From assembly GCF_009914755.1 (NCBI RefSeq), contig NC_060928.1: DNA of 64,000 bases. One strand, 5' to 3'. The notes beneath the pieces are model-generated. The model saw only the letters and a program-made list of their open reading frames with translations. It did no database searches and was not told the DNA's origin. The DNA comes from the human T2T-CHM13v2.0 reference genome, Homo sapiens. Position 1 is the first letter of the stretch. Each line of letters begins with the position of its first letter. A program made the position numbers and the translations under genes. Positions 12,750 through 26,383 of this stretch are shown piece after piece.

Positions 12750-14630
12750 TCTCGAAACAATTACTTGTAAAAGCAATCTTTTAAATATTTTTAATGAAAT
12801 TATTTAGCTGGCATTTTTCCCCTTAAAGTTATTGTATAATGGTATTATACAATAATTGAAATCAGTTGGCCATCATGAACTGATATACATGAGCATTAAA
12901 ATGCCCATCAGTTTCACTTGCTTATAGATACATCCTAATCCTTCCAATTGGAATAAGAAAATATATTTCGTGATAATGGCAGTAATATATGTCTCTCTGA
13001 ACTGAGTTTGTAAAACATTTTAAAATCCAAACTGTATTGTTGATCAGTGTATTAGGAAAATAATCATTCTGCTGCTATACTTAAATTAGTTAAGCATTTG
13101 TTGGAAAGTTGTGATTGTTTTAAGATATATGTAGATAAATTGGAATGAACATGAGAAAGAATAACATACAATGGTTACAATCTGGAAAATAGGTCTTATG
13201 AAAAAATGTTAAAGGAATTAGGGCTGTGTTAGCTCTCTGGAAAGATGACTAAATGATAAATTATGACTATTGCTTAAACAGTTAACAAGAAGAGTATAAC
13301 CATCTACTTTTTCATCTATCTAGAGCAAATTAAAAAGTTATACTTAAATTCAGCTTAAAAACAACAAATATTGAAATCGGCCTAGCACCAAAGATGTTGC
13401 AGAATCAGTAATAGTGGAAATCATGAATAAATCAAAGCTCACAAGAGTGAAGTGTACTTGGTACCAGGGTTTTGTTTTAATGGGGGTATAAATCTTTGCA
13501 CATATGTATTCATCTTTCTAGATTTTTGTTGTTGAGATGAAATAGATTTAATTCCCCAAATTTAGCCAGTTAGTAAGATCCTGTATTATTGAGAGATCCT
13601 GTATTATTATTTATTTTTTAGTTGGTATTGGTGAATGATTTTGGTAACAGTTGTTTAAAGGGTTAAAGTATTAAAGATACAGAAAAGTGATAATTACCTT
13701 TGAAGGTAAATCAAAAAAGCTGAAGTCCCAGTTACAGCCACACTACATCATTTGCTATTTTACTTTGAAAATTTACATATCATTTGTTATATATATTATA
13801 CACATCCCATGTAGTGCTATGGTTTATTTCTTATGCAAGATTAAGAAACTGTAATAACTAGAACAATAGAGCTCCTATTCCTGGGGTCAAGACATGGAAG
13901 TACAGTGGTCTTCTTTTATTTTACACTTTATTTTAGAATCCCTTATGCCTTGGACGGTAGAGATACAGTCTTTGTTTAAAATGGTGATTGAACTGGATAA
14001 CCTATTAAAATGCCTTCCAACTCAGCAAGTAACTTGTAGATTAGTGATTTCTATATTGAATTTAATAATGGAGATATTATGGTGTTCAGAACATCTGAGT
14101 CTCTAATAAGAAACTATTTTAACTTCTCTGGGCTTCATTAATCTTACCGTTTAATGTGACAGTTTAGTTGATTTCCATCATCCCTTCTGGTTTTAAATTT
14201 TATAATTTAACAGATTTAAAGAGAAAAATATCTCTCATTTTGAAAGTTAACAACAATCTATTTAGTTTAGGTCTATTGCATGTTTGAATTTTAATGTGAG
14301 ATCCAGTTCAAGTTAAGGTATATTTTATACTGTTAGAACTCGTGACAGTTTCTATGTCAGAATTTAGTACATCTGGAATATGACCAGTTATTACTAATAG
14401 TAAAGAAAGTAGACATGTCTTTCTTATTAGGAAATTTAATTATGTACTTAATGCATGTATTTTTTCCAGAGAACTGGGGAAGAGTGTAATTGAAATAAAA
14501 GTACATTATAGACATTAAAATATTCTCAGCTAAACATGGAAGGACTTTAATATTTTTTCAGTTTTAGAAACCTATTACTCCCTTTTTTTGTTTAATGCTA
14601 GACATTAGCAACAATGTTGGGTAGTCAGTG

Positions 14631-14922
14631 TTTCTTTCTTTCTTTCTTTTTTTTTTTAATTGAGACAGAGTCTGGCTTTGTCACTCAGGTTGGAGTGCAG
14701 TGGTGCGATCTTGGCTGACTGCGGCCTCCTCCTCCTGGGCTCAAGCAGTCCGTCTACCTCAACCTCTGAGTAGCTGGGACTACAGGCTTGTGCCACCATG
14801 CCCAGCAAGATGGTGTTTTGCCATGTTGCCCAGGCTGGTCTTGAACTCCTGAGCTCAAGCAATCCATCTGCCTCTGCCTCCCAAAGTGCTGGGATTATAA
14901 GCATGAGCCGCCGCTCTCAGCC
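14631..14922 (-). mobile_element. Alu (AluJ-like) lacking the central linker
   Basis: Antisense Alu; cccagcaagatggtgttttgcc shows the A-rich linker deleted. Confidence 0.9.
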
Positions 14923-15084
14923 AGTAGTTAATGTTTCTTACTTTGTAGCTAATTAAGGCTCAGAGATGTTTAGTAATTTGCCAGGGTGTTCCTGATATCA
15001 TGTGGTAGATAGAGCCAGAATTTTAAACTCAGTGTTAGAATTTAAAACTTAGTTGTGTTTCATTCAAAAATTGTGTTGTTTCCT

Positions 15085-15410
15085 CTGGTTCTCAAACTTG
15101 GTTGTGTTTGAGAATCATCTTGAGTGGCTTTTGCAAAAGAATAGATGCCTGTTTCACTGATAATCAGTAGATCTTTTTGAGTATCGCAGGTATGTTTTAA
15201 AAGCTCCAAAAGTGATTCTTATAATGTCAAAAAATATTCTACATCAGCACTTCTCAAATTTCAAAGTACATACAAATCACCTGGGGAAATCTTATGAAAA
15301 TGTAGGTTTGGGTTCAGTAGGTCTGGGCAGGGTCTGAGATTTTGCATTTCTAACAAGCGTCCAGGTGAATTGAAGAAGGTCCTCTATGTCCACATTATGA
15401 ATAGCAATGA
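15085..15410. mobile_element. MER5-type hAT-Charlie fragments (two adjacent copies)
   Basis: tggttctcaaactt...agaatcatct; cttctcaaattt...aatcacctgggg...gcatttctaacaagc..ccaggtga. Confidence 0.6.
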
Positions 15411-15946
15411 GACACACTATGTGACATTTGATTTGTGATTTGAAATTTTTGGCTACAATTCCTGTGAAGGCTGTAGTTCATTCACATTTCTTATAAGAGA
15501 TATGAGAGCATGTTTTAATATCCCTTACATGCCTTTGAATTTTTACTTGAAGAGCTTTTCCTTTATATATGAGAGTAGCAAGTTATGAAATATTTACTGA
15601 AGCTTTAAATCATCCAGCTATGGGACTGTATTCACATTCTGTTAACTGATTTTGGAAATAGTAGAGTCCAGTTAAAATCCTGGTTAGATGTCATCTACCA
15701 GATTTCATTATATAGTTACATATTCTGTTTAGTTTTGATAGTTTGATGAAAAGTTTATATAAAAACTGAGCCTGGTAGCATACATTTATTATTAGTCCTT
15801 CCCTGAAAGAAAACAAATATATTAATTCCAACTTTTAATCCTAGTGTTTGAATATTTTAAAGGAAATATCAGTAACCCTATATTCAAAATGTACAGTATG
15901 TGGAGGAGGAAAAGGATTTTCACAGTTAAAATGTCTACCTTTTCAG

Positions 15947-16042
15947 GTTCCCCAGCACCGCCACTGCCATCTGTTATGTCTCCTAGCAGGGTTGCAGCTA
16001 GTCGACTGGCTCAGCAAGGAAGTGATTTAATTGTTCCTGCAG
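15947..16042 (+). CDS. ARFIP1: Arfaptin-1 cassette exon, 96 nt, symmetric phase 1-1 (GSPAPPLPSVMSPSRVAASRLAQQGSDLIVPA-G)
   Basis: Acceptor ttttcag|GTTCCC, donor GCAG|gtattc. Visible in ORF 15844..16098. The 32 codons equal the difference between the 373-aa and 341-aa isoforms (recalled). Confidence 0.93.
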
Positions 16043-17645
16043 GTATTCACTGCACTGATTGGATAAAGCACTTATTGCTACTGCTGAAGCTACACTAATT
16101 TACTCAGTTTCATAATCACTTGCTTTATATTCTTAGGTGTGTGTGATTCTGACTTTTTTGGTGGCTGCCTTATTAACAATAAAGGAAATAATTTTTCTAA
16201 CTGTATCCTATCTTTGTGGCTTTTCAGAATAATTCGGCTGTATCTCACACCTGAAACTTAATCCATTTTAAAATTAAAACATTATAAAATTTGATTTGCT
16301 TTAAATCATTCTTTCTTTGCTCTGGAAATTGTAGGTTTACTGTTTGATCCTAAACTCTCATCTTTGCAGCTCTGCCTTCTATTTTCAGTTAAAGGAAAAA
16401 CAACCTTCAACAATTAGGTTGGTTGTTTTTAAGAATGGATTAAATGAAAAAGGTCTTGTCTTCTTACTTTTAGCTTTAACTTACAAATAGTTTGCAGATT
16501 GCAACACAATACTGTTAATTTACCAGTTATACCCAATGAAAAATACTTGGGAAAATCAGTATCTTTACATTCAATTTGCTCTGCACTTTACCGTTACTGG
16601 ACTATAAAAATGGGAGAAAAAATGAACTCCACGTTTCTTCTTATATGAAATGTTAACATTTATATTTTGTTTTGTGAGAATTTTGTAAATTCTTAAATGT
16701 GTTCTATTTTATATACCATTCTTGTTCTCGGACTGGTAAAGCTATGGGAAAGATTGGTCTGATTATAGGAATAAGTGAGAGAAGAAATTTTTGGGGATTT
16801 TTACTGGGGGCTGATCCTAATTTTTTCTTTTCCTTATTTCATTATTCTTTTTAAATTATTAGAAAGTTTCCATCCAAAAACTGAAATGAAAAATATTTTG
16901 ACTATGAAAAGTATTTTACTATTAAGAACTATATAGTTGTAGAGTTGCTTTCATATCAAAAATTCTTAATTGTTGGAAGAGTACATTGTCAGGAATTTAC
17001 ACTGCTTCTTTATTCATTATGGCTCTTTTTGGTTTTCTTACCTTTTTTTTGTGGTCTCTTGAGAAAAAAGAGGTACAATATAGATCTTGTTTCAACCCAG
17101 CCTTTCATACTAGTGATAGCATATCTTTAATGACTATTTGAATTGAACTACTGTATGAAATTTGAATTATTTTTTTCAAATTCTCCAAAATTATAGCAAC
17201 ATTCTATTGTTGTTGTAGTCTGCACATTACAGTGAAAGATCACTGTGGGGAATACGTGGCCTTTTAGATTTTTATCGACCAAGATACTTCTTTTTTAGTG
17301 TCATTAGTGTATAAAATTAGTTGTGGAAATTTTATTTTTCTTGAAGTAAGCGGCAGCTTATATAGAAAATAAGGCTGATTGCAGCAAGAGTTTTTTTGTT
17401 TGTTTGTTTGTTTAAAGAAGACAGATAAGTCACATGGCATTTGTGTTTAATGGACAGAAGTGTTGTTTAAGTAATTAGGAAACTATCCTCAGCGATTCCA
17501 GGAAGTTCTAGTTCTTTACTTTGTGGGAACCTTTTTTTCTTTTTTTAGATGCATAAGAATTTCAATTTGAACAATATCAGGGTTTTGTTTTCTTTCCCTG
17601 CTTGTCTTCATCTGGATTGTGTTTTTATCTTTTGTTATCTTGCAG

Positions 17646-17758
17646 GTGGCCAGAGAACACAGACAAAAAGTGGACCAGTTATTCTAGCAGATGAAATTAA
17701 AAATCCTGCAATGGAAAAGTTAGAACTTGTTAGAAAATGGAGTCTAAACACCTATAAG
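17646..17758 (+). CDS. ARFIP1: Arfaptin-1 coding exon (GQRTQTKSGPVILADEIKNPAMEKLELVRKWSLNTYK), 113 nt, phase 1 to 0; amphipathic helix with the PKD site LVRKWS
   Basis: Acceptor tcttgcag|GTGGCC, donor TATAAG|gtttgt. Visible in ORF 17549..17788. The Ser codon AGT at 17741-17743 counts to residue 132 of the long isoform, assuming 31 upstream codons. Confidence 0.96.
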
Positions 17759-19856
17759 GTTTGTAATTATTTAATGTTTCCACCCTAAATGGCTCTAAAA
17801 AAGTTCATTTATATGTTTATTCAAGTCATTATGTTGCAATTAAATGCACATAGAGAAGAGAAAATGCCATCTAAACATGGTAGAAATACAGTTTGAAAAT
17901 GAAGTATTTGTTTTATCATTGATCTTTGCATGTAATTTAAGAATTTAGTACAAAAGAGTAAAAAAGCTATTAAAATGCTTATTAACCGATAATGTACATA
18001 ATTGAAGACATGTACTGCTTTGGAATTTATTTAGCTGTAGAGCTACTATAGATATATTTGCTCCTTCCCCTCCTTTTGATACTTTATAGGAGCTGAAGGT
18101 GAAGAGAGGTATATTAGTTCTCCAAAGTTTGAAATTCTCTGATTTTACTATAATAACTAAGCATTAACTATATGGGCAACACCAGATTGCAAATTAGTTG
18201 TGTTTCTAAAGTTTGTTAACATTCTTAGTTGCATTGCTTCAGAGTAATTGGTGATTATTTTTCTTATGCCCTCCATAAAACAAATAAGCAAATTATTTAA
18301 CCCATATTGTATTTGATGTATTACAAACAGCTCAACCCCCAAATCCACTTAGTACCTTTTGAATTTTAACAGGGACAAGACTGTAGAATTCGTGGAATAG
18401 TTAGGATGAAAGCCCTAGCAGCTCAGGTTAGAACATTAGCCACAATTCTCCCTATATTCGTGAACTGATTGTGGGTCTAGTGATTGGTAAATTAGGAATT
18501 GTCTGTATTTTTATACAGAACAGGCCTTTCTTACATCTTCTCAACAGTAAAACAGAAGTGAATTTATTCTTTCAGTTAATACCTTAAAAATATGATGTAG
18601 AAGTCTTCTACAAAAGTATAGGTTTTCTTAAGATGGTAAAACCTCCCTGAAACATGTTACATGAATCTGTCCAAAAATTATTTAGCTCATGAAAGTGTAG
18701 AATCTGAGAAATCCCAGTGGTAGTCTTCAAAAAGTGATGCTTGCTTAAACTAAACTCTTCTTCTAAAATATTCACGGATTTCTATTGCATCTTCTTGCTG
18801 ATTCCACATAGCCAGTCAGTCGTTAAGTCCTATGCATTCTGCCTTCTTAATATTCTTTCACCTTTTCCCCGTTCTCCTCCATCCCAGCCTTCACAGCCAT
18901 AGTTCATATTTATTACTCTCTCACATTACTGTAACAGCTTCTTAACCAATTCGCTAAGACTACATGTTCGACCCTGCCTAACGTGGGTTCGCTCCTGCTT
19001 AAAATCCTTCAGTCAATCCCCACTGTTTTTAGAGTGGCATGAATCTGACCTCTATCTACCTTTCCCACTCTGTCTCTGCCTCTTTTCTATCTATGGATCA
19101 AGTGATTCATACCAAATTTCCCAGAAACTTCCTAAACAATCTGTGCTTTCTCATACTTCTGTAACTTTGTTCATAAGACTATATCTGCCTCCTCCTTGGA
19201 ATTCCCTTTCATTTTACTTGTTCATCTTTCATACTAGACTGAGCAAGTTTAAGCTTTTTGTTCATTTGAGTCTTCCTTTCATGTTGTTTAGTTGATGTTT
19301 TCATTGTTCATTATCTATTTGTTCCTATGTGTTTATGTGTTATTATCTGCTATTCTTGCATCTCTTATCTCTACAATAATCTGAATTGAATCACTATTAA
19401 GATTCCATATTTATCTCATATTGATATGCCACATTTAGCCTATTAAAAATTTGTGTTAATGAAAATGACAACTCTTTAAAATGTTATACATATGGTATAG
19501 TACTATGTGAAGGAGGCATTATTTTCTTTAAACCTTATTTTTAAATGACAATTTTTTCCATTAGAACTTAACTTGGATATTTTAATCTAGGTCAAAAAAG
19601 AAAAAGAAAGTATCTGACTTACATGATTCTGTGGAGTTAATAGTCCAGTGTGTCCAGGCTGACATATTCCACTCAACCAAAAAAAGTTCATAGTGTAATG
19701 ACCTCATGGGGTCTGCATGACTCTCTGTGTTCTTACTGCTTTTTGAGCTTCTCAGCTCAAATTTTAGCTAATGTTGGGCATTCACTATCATTTGGATAAT
19801 GCTTCAAATACTGATTCTGATTTGGTTGATTCAGGACTGTGCTTGTTATCCATTTA

Positions 19857-20158
19857 CTGTTTGTTTGTTTGTTTGTGTAGATAGGTCTCACTCTGTCACT
19901 CAGGCTTGAGTGCAGTTGTATGATCATGGATCACTGCAACCATAACCACCTGGACCCAAGTGATCCTCTCACCTCAGCCTCCTGAGCAGCTGGGATACAG
20001 GCAGGCATCACCACTCCTGGCTAATTTCTTATTTTTTGTGGAGAGCGAGTCTCCCTATGTTGCTCAGGGTGGTCTTGAACTCCTGGGTTCAAGCAGTCCT
20101 CCCACCTCAGCCTCCCAAAGTGCAGGGACTTACAGGTGTTGAGCCACCAAGCCCGGCC
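19857..20158 (-). mobile_element. Alu (AluJ-like)
   Basis: (TTTG)n tail plus antisense dimer. Confidence 0.92.
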
Positions 20159-20951
20159 CCATTTTACTCTTGAATAACTTGATTCTGGCTATGTCTTTGG
20201 TCCTCTCTCTTTCATGCTTTCTACCTTTAATTTCTTCGGTTTCTATTCTGTAACAAATGCTTTAATGCTTTTCCTTAAAGGGAATATTTAGCTTCATTTA
20301 TTGGTTGTTAATTTTGGTCCCAAGACCAACATGGTGATTCAAAGCAAATATATAATAGGAGCAATTTTAGGTTTAGACATTGAACCTATCTTCTTAAATA
20401 TTATTTTAATCTACCTGATTTTATTCACAAAATTTGAATCCAAAATCTATTTTCTTATTTATTTTCATCTACAGAAATAGTTGAAATAATAAACTATGGT
20501 TTACTTAAGTTTTTGATTTTTATTTTTTCCTAGTCTAAAGTAGAGTGCTTTTTGAAGTTTGTCTTTTTTTATAAAAAAAAAAAAAAAAAAAAAAAGAATA
20601 ATCTCTCAGTTTCAGCATTCAGAGCTATTTGGCATCTTTCCCAAACTTTTTTCTTAATGTTTAAGAATTTGCCATTAGCATTCACACCCTTATCAAGTTA
20701 ACCTTTGATGTCTTTAAACCAGTATCTTTTAAACTTTCATGCCTGTTTTTCTTGTCATGTTGCCTCATTCATTTATTGGTTGACTTACTTCCCCTGTTCA
20801 TTTTCCTTTTGTGCTACCTTCTCTATCCCTTACCTTAATAATCCTTGTTGTATCTGTCAATTGTTGCCATAAGTTTATTCTTTTGCTTGTACTTAAATAT
20901 CTTTATTCTTTTTTTTTTTTTTGGCACTACAGAAGAGCTCTTGGTGCTATT

Positions 20952-23195
20952 TGATAGGGTTTGGCTGTGTCCCCATCCAAATCTCAACTCCAGTTGTATC
21001 TCCTAGAATTCCCATGAGTTGTGGGAGGGACCTAAGGGGAGGTAATTGAATCATGGGAGCCGGTCTTTCCCATGCTATTCTCGTGATAGTGAATAAGTCT
21101 CACAAGATCTGGTGGGTTTATCAGGGGTTTCTGCTTTTGCTTCTTTCTCATTTTCTCTTGCTGCCACCATATAAGAAGTACCTTTCGCCTCCTGCCATGA
21201 TTCTGAGGCCTCCCCAGCCATGTGGAACTGTAAGTCCAGTTAAACCTCTTTTTATTCCCAGTCTCGGGTCTGTCTTTATCAGCAGTGTGAAAACCAACTA
21301 ATACAGTAAATTGGTACCAGGAATGGGTTGTTGCTGAAAAGATACCCAAAAATGTGGAAGCGACTGTGGAACTGGGTAACAAGCAGAGATTGGAACAGTT
21401 TGAAGGGCTCAGAAGAAGACAGGAAAATGTGGGAATGTTTGGAACTTCCTAGAGATTTGTTAAATGGCTCTGCCCAAAATGCTAATAGCGATATGGACAA
21501 TAAAATCCAGGCTGAATAACTTATTGGGAACTGGAGCAAAGGTGACTCCTGTTATGTTTTAGCAAAGAGACTGGCGGCATTTTGCCCCTACCCTAGAGAT
21601 TTGTGGAACTTTGAACCTGAGAGAGATGATTTAGGGTATCTGGCAGAAGAAATTTCTAAGCAGCAAAGCATTCAAGTGGTGACTTGGGTACTGTTAAAGG
21701 CATTCAGTTTTATAAGGGAAGCAGAGCATAAAAGTTTGGAGAATTTGCAGCCTGACTATGCGATAGAAAAGAAAAACCCATTTTGGGGGAGAAATTCAGG
21801 CCAGCTGCAGAAATTTGCATAAGTAGCAAGGATCCTAATGTTAATTGCCAAGATGATGGGGAAAATGTCTTCAGGCCATGTCAGAAATCTTCACGGCAGC
21901 CCCTTCCATCACAGGCCTGGAGGCCCAGGAGGAAAATGTGGTTTTGTGGGCCAGGCCCAGGGTCCCTGTGCTGTATGCAGCCTAGGGACTTAATGCCCTG
22001 TGTCCTAGCCGCTCCAGCCATGGCTGAAAGGGGCCAATGTAGAGCTTGGGCTGTGGCTTCAGAGGGTGGAAGCCCCAAGCCTTGGCAGCTTTCACATGAT
22101 GTTGAGCCTGTGGGTGCACAGAAGTCAGGAATTGAGGTTTGGGAACCTCTGCCTAGATTTCAGAAGAGATATGGAAATGCCTGGGTGCCCAGGCAGAAGT
22201 TTGCTACAGGGGTGGGGCCCTCATGGAGAACCTCTGCTAGGGCAGTACAGAAGGGAATCGTGCGATCAGAGCCCCCCACACAGAGTCCCTACTGGGGCAC
22301 CTCCTAGTGGAGCTATGAGAAGAGGGCCACCATCCTGCAGACCCCTGAATGGTAGATCCACCGATAGCTTGCACCGTGTACGTGGAAAAGCCTCAGACAT
22401 TCAACGCCAGCCCATGAGAGCAGCTGGGAGGAAGGCTGTACCCTGAAAAGGCACAGGGGTGGAGCTGCCCAAGACCATGGGAACCCACCTCCTGCATCAG
22501 CATGACCTGGATGTGAGACCTGGAGATCATTTTGGAGCTTTAAAATTTGACTGCCCTGATGGATTTTGGACTACATGGGCCCTATAACCCCTTTGTTTTG
22601 GCCAATTTCTCCCATTTGGAATGGCTATATTTACCCAATACCTGTACCCCCATTGTATCTAGGAAGTAACTAGCTTGCTTTTGATTTTTACAGACTCACA
22701 CGCATCTCAGATGAGACTTTGGACTGTGGACTTTTGGGTTAAGACTTTGGCTGAAATGAGTTAAGACTTTGGGGGACTGTTGGGAAGGCATGGTTGGTTT
22801 TGAAGTGTATGGACATGAGATTTGAAGGGGCCAGGGGTGGAATGATATGGTTTGGTTGTGTCCTCACCCAAATCTCAACTTGAGTTGTATCTCCCAGAAT
22901 TGCCATGTGTTGTGGGAGGGACCCAGGGAGAGGTAATTGAATCATGGGGGCCGGTCTTGTCTGTGCTATTCTTGTGATGGTGAATCAGTCTCACAAGATC
23001 TGATAGGTTTATCAGGGGTTTCCGATTTTGCTTCTTTCTTATTTTCTCTTGCCACCACCATGTAAGAAGTGCCTTTTGCCTCCCGCTATGATTCTGAGGC
23101 CTCCCAGCCATGTGGAACTCTAAGTCCAATTAAACATATTTTTATTCCCAGTCTCAGGTATGTCTTTATCAGCAGCATGAAAATGGACTAATACA
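20952..23195 (+). mobile_element. Full-length THE1A (ERVL-MaLR): 5' LTR 20952-21305, internal 21306-22842, 3' LTR 22843-23195
   Basis: Two ~354-bp TG...CA direct repeats, polypurine tract ggggccaggggtggaa before the 3' LTR, 5-bp TSD ctatt/ctact, and decayed MaLR ORF fragments (21328.., 21601.., 21783..). Confidence 0.93.
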
Positions 23196-24761
23196 CTACT
23201 TAAATACTCAGAGTACACAGTTGACTGTTGCATAAATTCATAAACCAGTATAATGCTGATTCATGGTATTTTGTACACTATCACTGTATTTCACCCACCC
23301 TTTCCCAAGTAGAGAATCTACATAGGTCAGTAATTTACTTTAGCTTCCTTTTGCCTCTTGAATTTAGCATCATTTGTCCTGTTCTTCAAAATGAATTTTT
23401 CATTTATATGGAAAACTGAATAGGACCACCAGCTCATTGTAAGTGATCTCCATTTTCAGGGACTCTGAGGAAGGTTAAATAATTTAGATTGTTAATTCTC
23501 TTCCATTTTGAACTTGCTTTATAATATATACTGATCTCCAATATTACATTTTATTTCAGTATATACTGGAAAGCAATTTAAATAAAAATCCACTGTAGAG
23601 ATCATCTAAGACACTTCCTCTAGGACCCTGATGAGTTGGGAAATTGGTGGCAACTTTATATCTTCTCACTACAACTTCCTTTACAAAGCTTCCTGTAGGA
23701 AATCTGTAGTACTCTCATTTCCAGATTCTTTAGGTTTTGCTGAAAAGTGTAGATTTATCAGATTGGAATATATGTGAATCTAGTTTTACAACTTCTTTCA
23801 AGTGTCCAGTTTATCTTAATTTGCCTTATAATCAGTATCATCTTACTCTTCCCACTGCTTTGGCTTCCTGGAAACAAAAAACATTTCCTCATTAATTCTT
23901 CACCTCTATGCCTGCTTGTAACCGTTATTTCTGTGGGGGAAAAAAAGGCCACTCAGACAGCAGTGAGTACATTTCTCTCACTGTGCTAAGAAACAATCCT
24001 TCTTCAATGAATTCTGACTTAATGGATTATTATATCTAGGCTGTTGTGACAGTACCACATGCTTTGGCTTTTGAATAGAGTAAATGTCTCTGATAATATT
24101 GCATAGGGAAAACCCTGGTGTGGAAGAAAAATATGGGAATAAGTGATGTATCTATCTCCTTTATCTTGTTAAAATTTCTGGCATTATTTCTTGCTGATGG
24201 TTTTCTTGTTAAAATCACATCTTCAGTTCAAGTTTCTCTTGTGATTTTCATTTTCTAGGAGTGTTTGTACGTTTTCCACAGTAATACTTTATCCCCTTCC
24301 GTGGTTTTGATCTCTCACCCGTCCTGTTATTTGTGATTAAGGATTTCTCTACTTTTAAAAAATAACACTCTTTTGTTAAAAAAAAAAAAAGTTTATAAGG
24401 CTCCTTAGTTGATGAGAATAGAAAATGTGTTGGGAAGTAGAAAAATATATAAGCAGATTTGTGTATATTGACAAGAAAAAGTCTCAGATTATTTTGTTCA
24501 TAGAAAAGAAATATTCAGGATATTATATATAGCATAATCTCATGTTTACTCTAAAAATATCTGAGATTGTATATGTTTGAAGGAAAGTCTAGTATACCTA
24601 TCAGACTGTTAATAGTAGTTTTCTACTATTCAGTGTGATTAAAGGAAGAGGAAATTCACCTCTTATTTCATGCATTATTTTAATTTTTACCACAGACATT
24701 AATTCTGTAACCAGAACTTTGAAGAACATGATAAAGAGCAAGTTTTAAAAATTGTAGTACT

Positions 24762-25096
<335 letters not shown>

Positions 25097-25258
25097 TTAA
25101 GAATATTTCTGATAACATTTAATGATGAGGTATATATTAATGCCCCAGTTATTCTTAAAATGTATTATCGAATGAAGTTGAGAGTAAAACATTAATACTA
25201 GGAAACTTATTTCCATGTGCTTTGAAATTAGATACTTTTTAAAAATTACAGGTTTCTA

Positions 25259-25564
<306 letters not shown>

Positions 25565-26161
25565 TTATAGGTTTCTGTATTATTATTTCTGGGGCAGAAT
25601 ACAATAACATAACATCATATAATACCACACTGTGTGAGTAAAAGTAACTTAGTAGTTTCTCTCTCTTCCTCTTCCCCCCCGCTTTCATTCCTTCCTTCCT
25701 GTTTCTTCTTTCTTTATTCCTCATTCATACACACATATATATATACAAGTCATTTAAGGGGGAAGATAGAAGTAAAAGAGCATTTGAAAGCAGTAGGAGA
25801 GTAGTATTTTGGTGTTCTTATTATTCCTATATTAACAGTCTATATTAGTCTTAATGCCAAATATCTCTGTTTTAGATAATCTACCCAAATGTACTAAACT
25901 TGCAAAATAATTATGTGAGAGAGTTCTTATGGCAGTATATAAGTTTGCTAGATATGTCTTAAAACTTCCTTTGATTAGTAATAATTATTAGACACATCTG
26001 GTGAATTTACTTTCTGAGTCCTGATCAAGTAAGGGAGCTGACAATTTTCAGTTTGTTACGCTAGCTTGTTTGAATCCAAAAAATGGTGTATGCCATATGC
26101 TCTAGCATTTATATTTTGTTTTGTTTTTTCTTTCTAAACAAAATGCATCTTCCACTTTTAG

Positions 26162-26383
26162 TGTACTCGACAGATTATCTCTGAGAAGCTAGGCCGTGGC
26201 TCAAGAACTGTGGACCTTGAACTTGAAGCTCAGATTGATATATTAAGGGATAACAAGAAAAAATATGAAAATATTTTAAAACTGGCTCAAACATTGTCGA
26301 CCCAGCTTTTCCAGATGGTACATACCCAAAGGCAACTTGGAGATGCATTTGCTGACCTGAGTTTGAAGTCACTAGAACTTCAT
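26162..26383 (+). CDS. ARFIP1: Arfaptin-1 coding exon, start of AH/BAR domain ([24 protein letters not shown]...LKSLELH), 222 nt, phase 0-0
   Basis: Acceptor ccacttttag|TGTACT, donor CAT|gtaaga. ORF 26210..26398; arfaptin motif RTVDLELE. Confidence 0.97.

Noticed and set aside
21328-22446. Cluster of 60-174 aa ORFs
   Set aside because: Broken remnants of the THE1 internal ORF, not a host gene.
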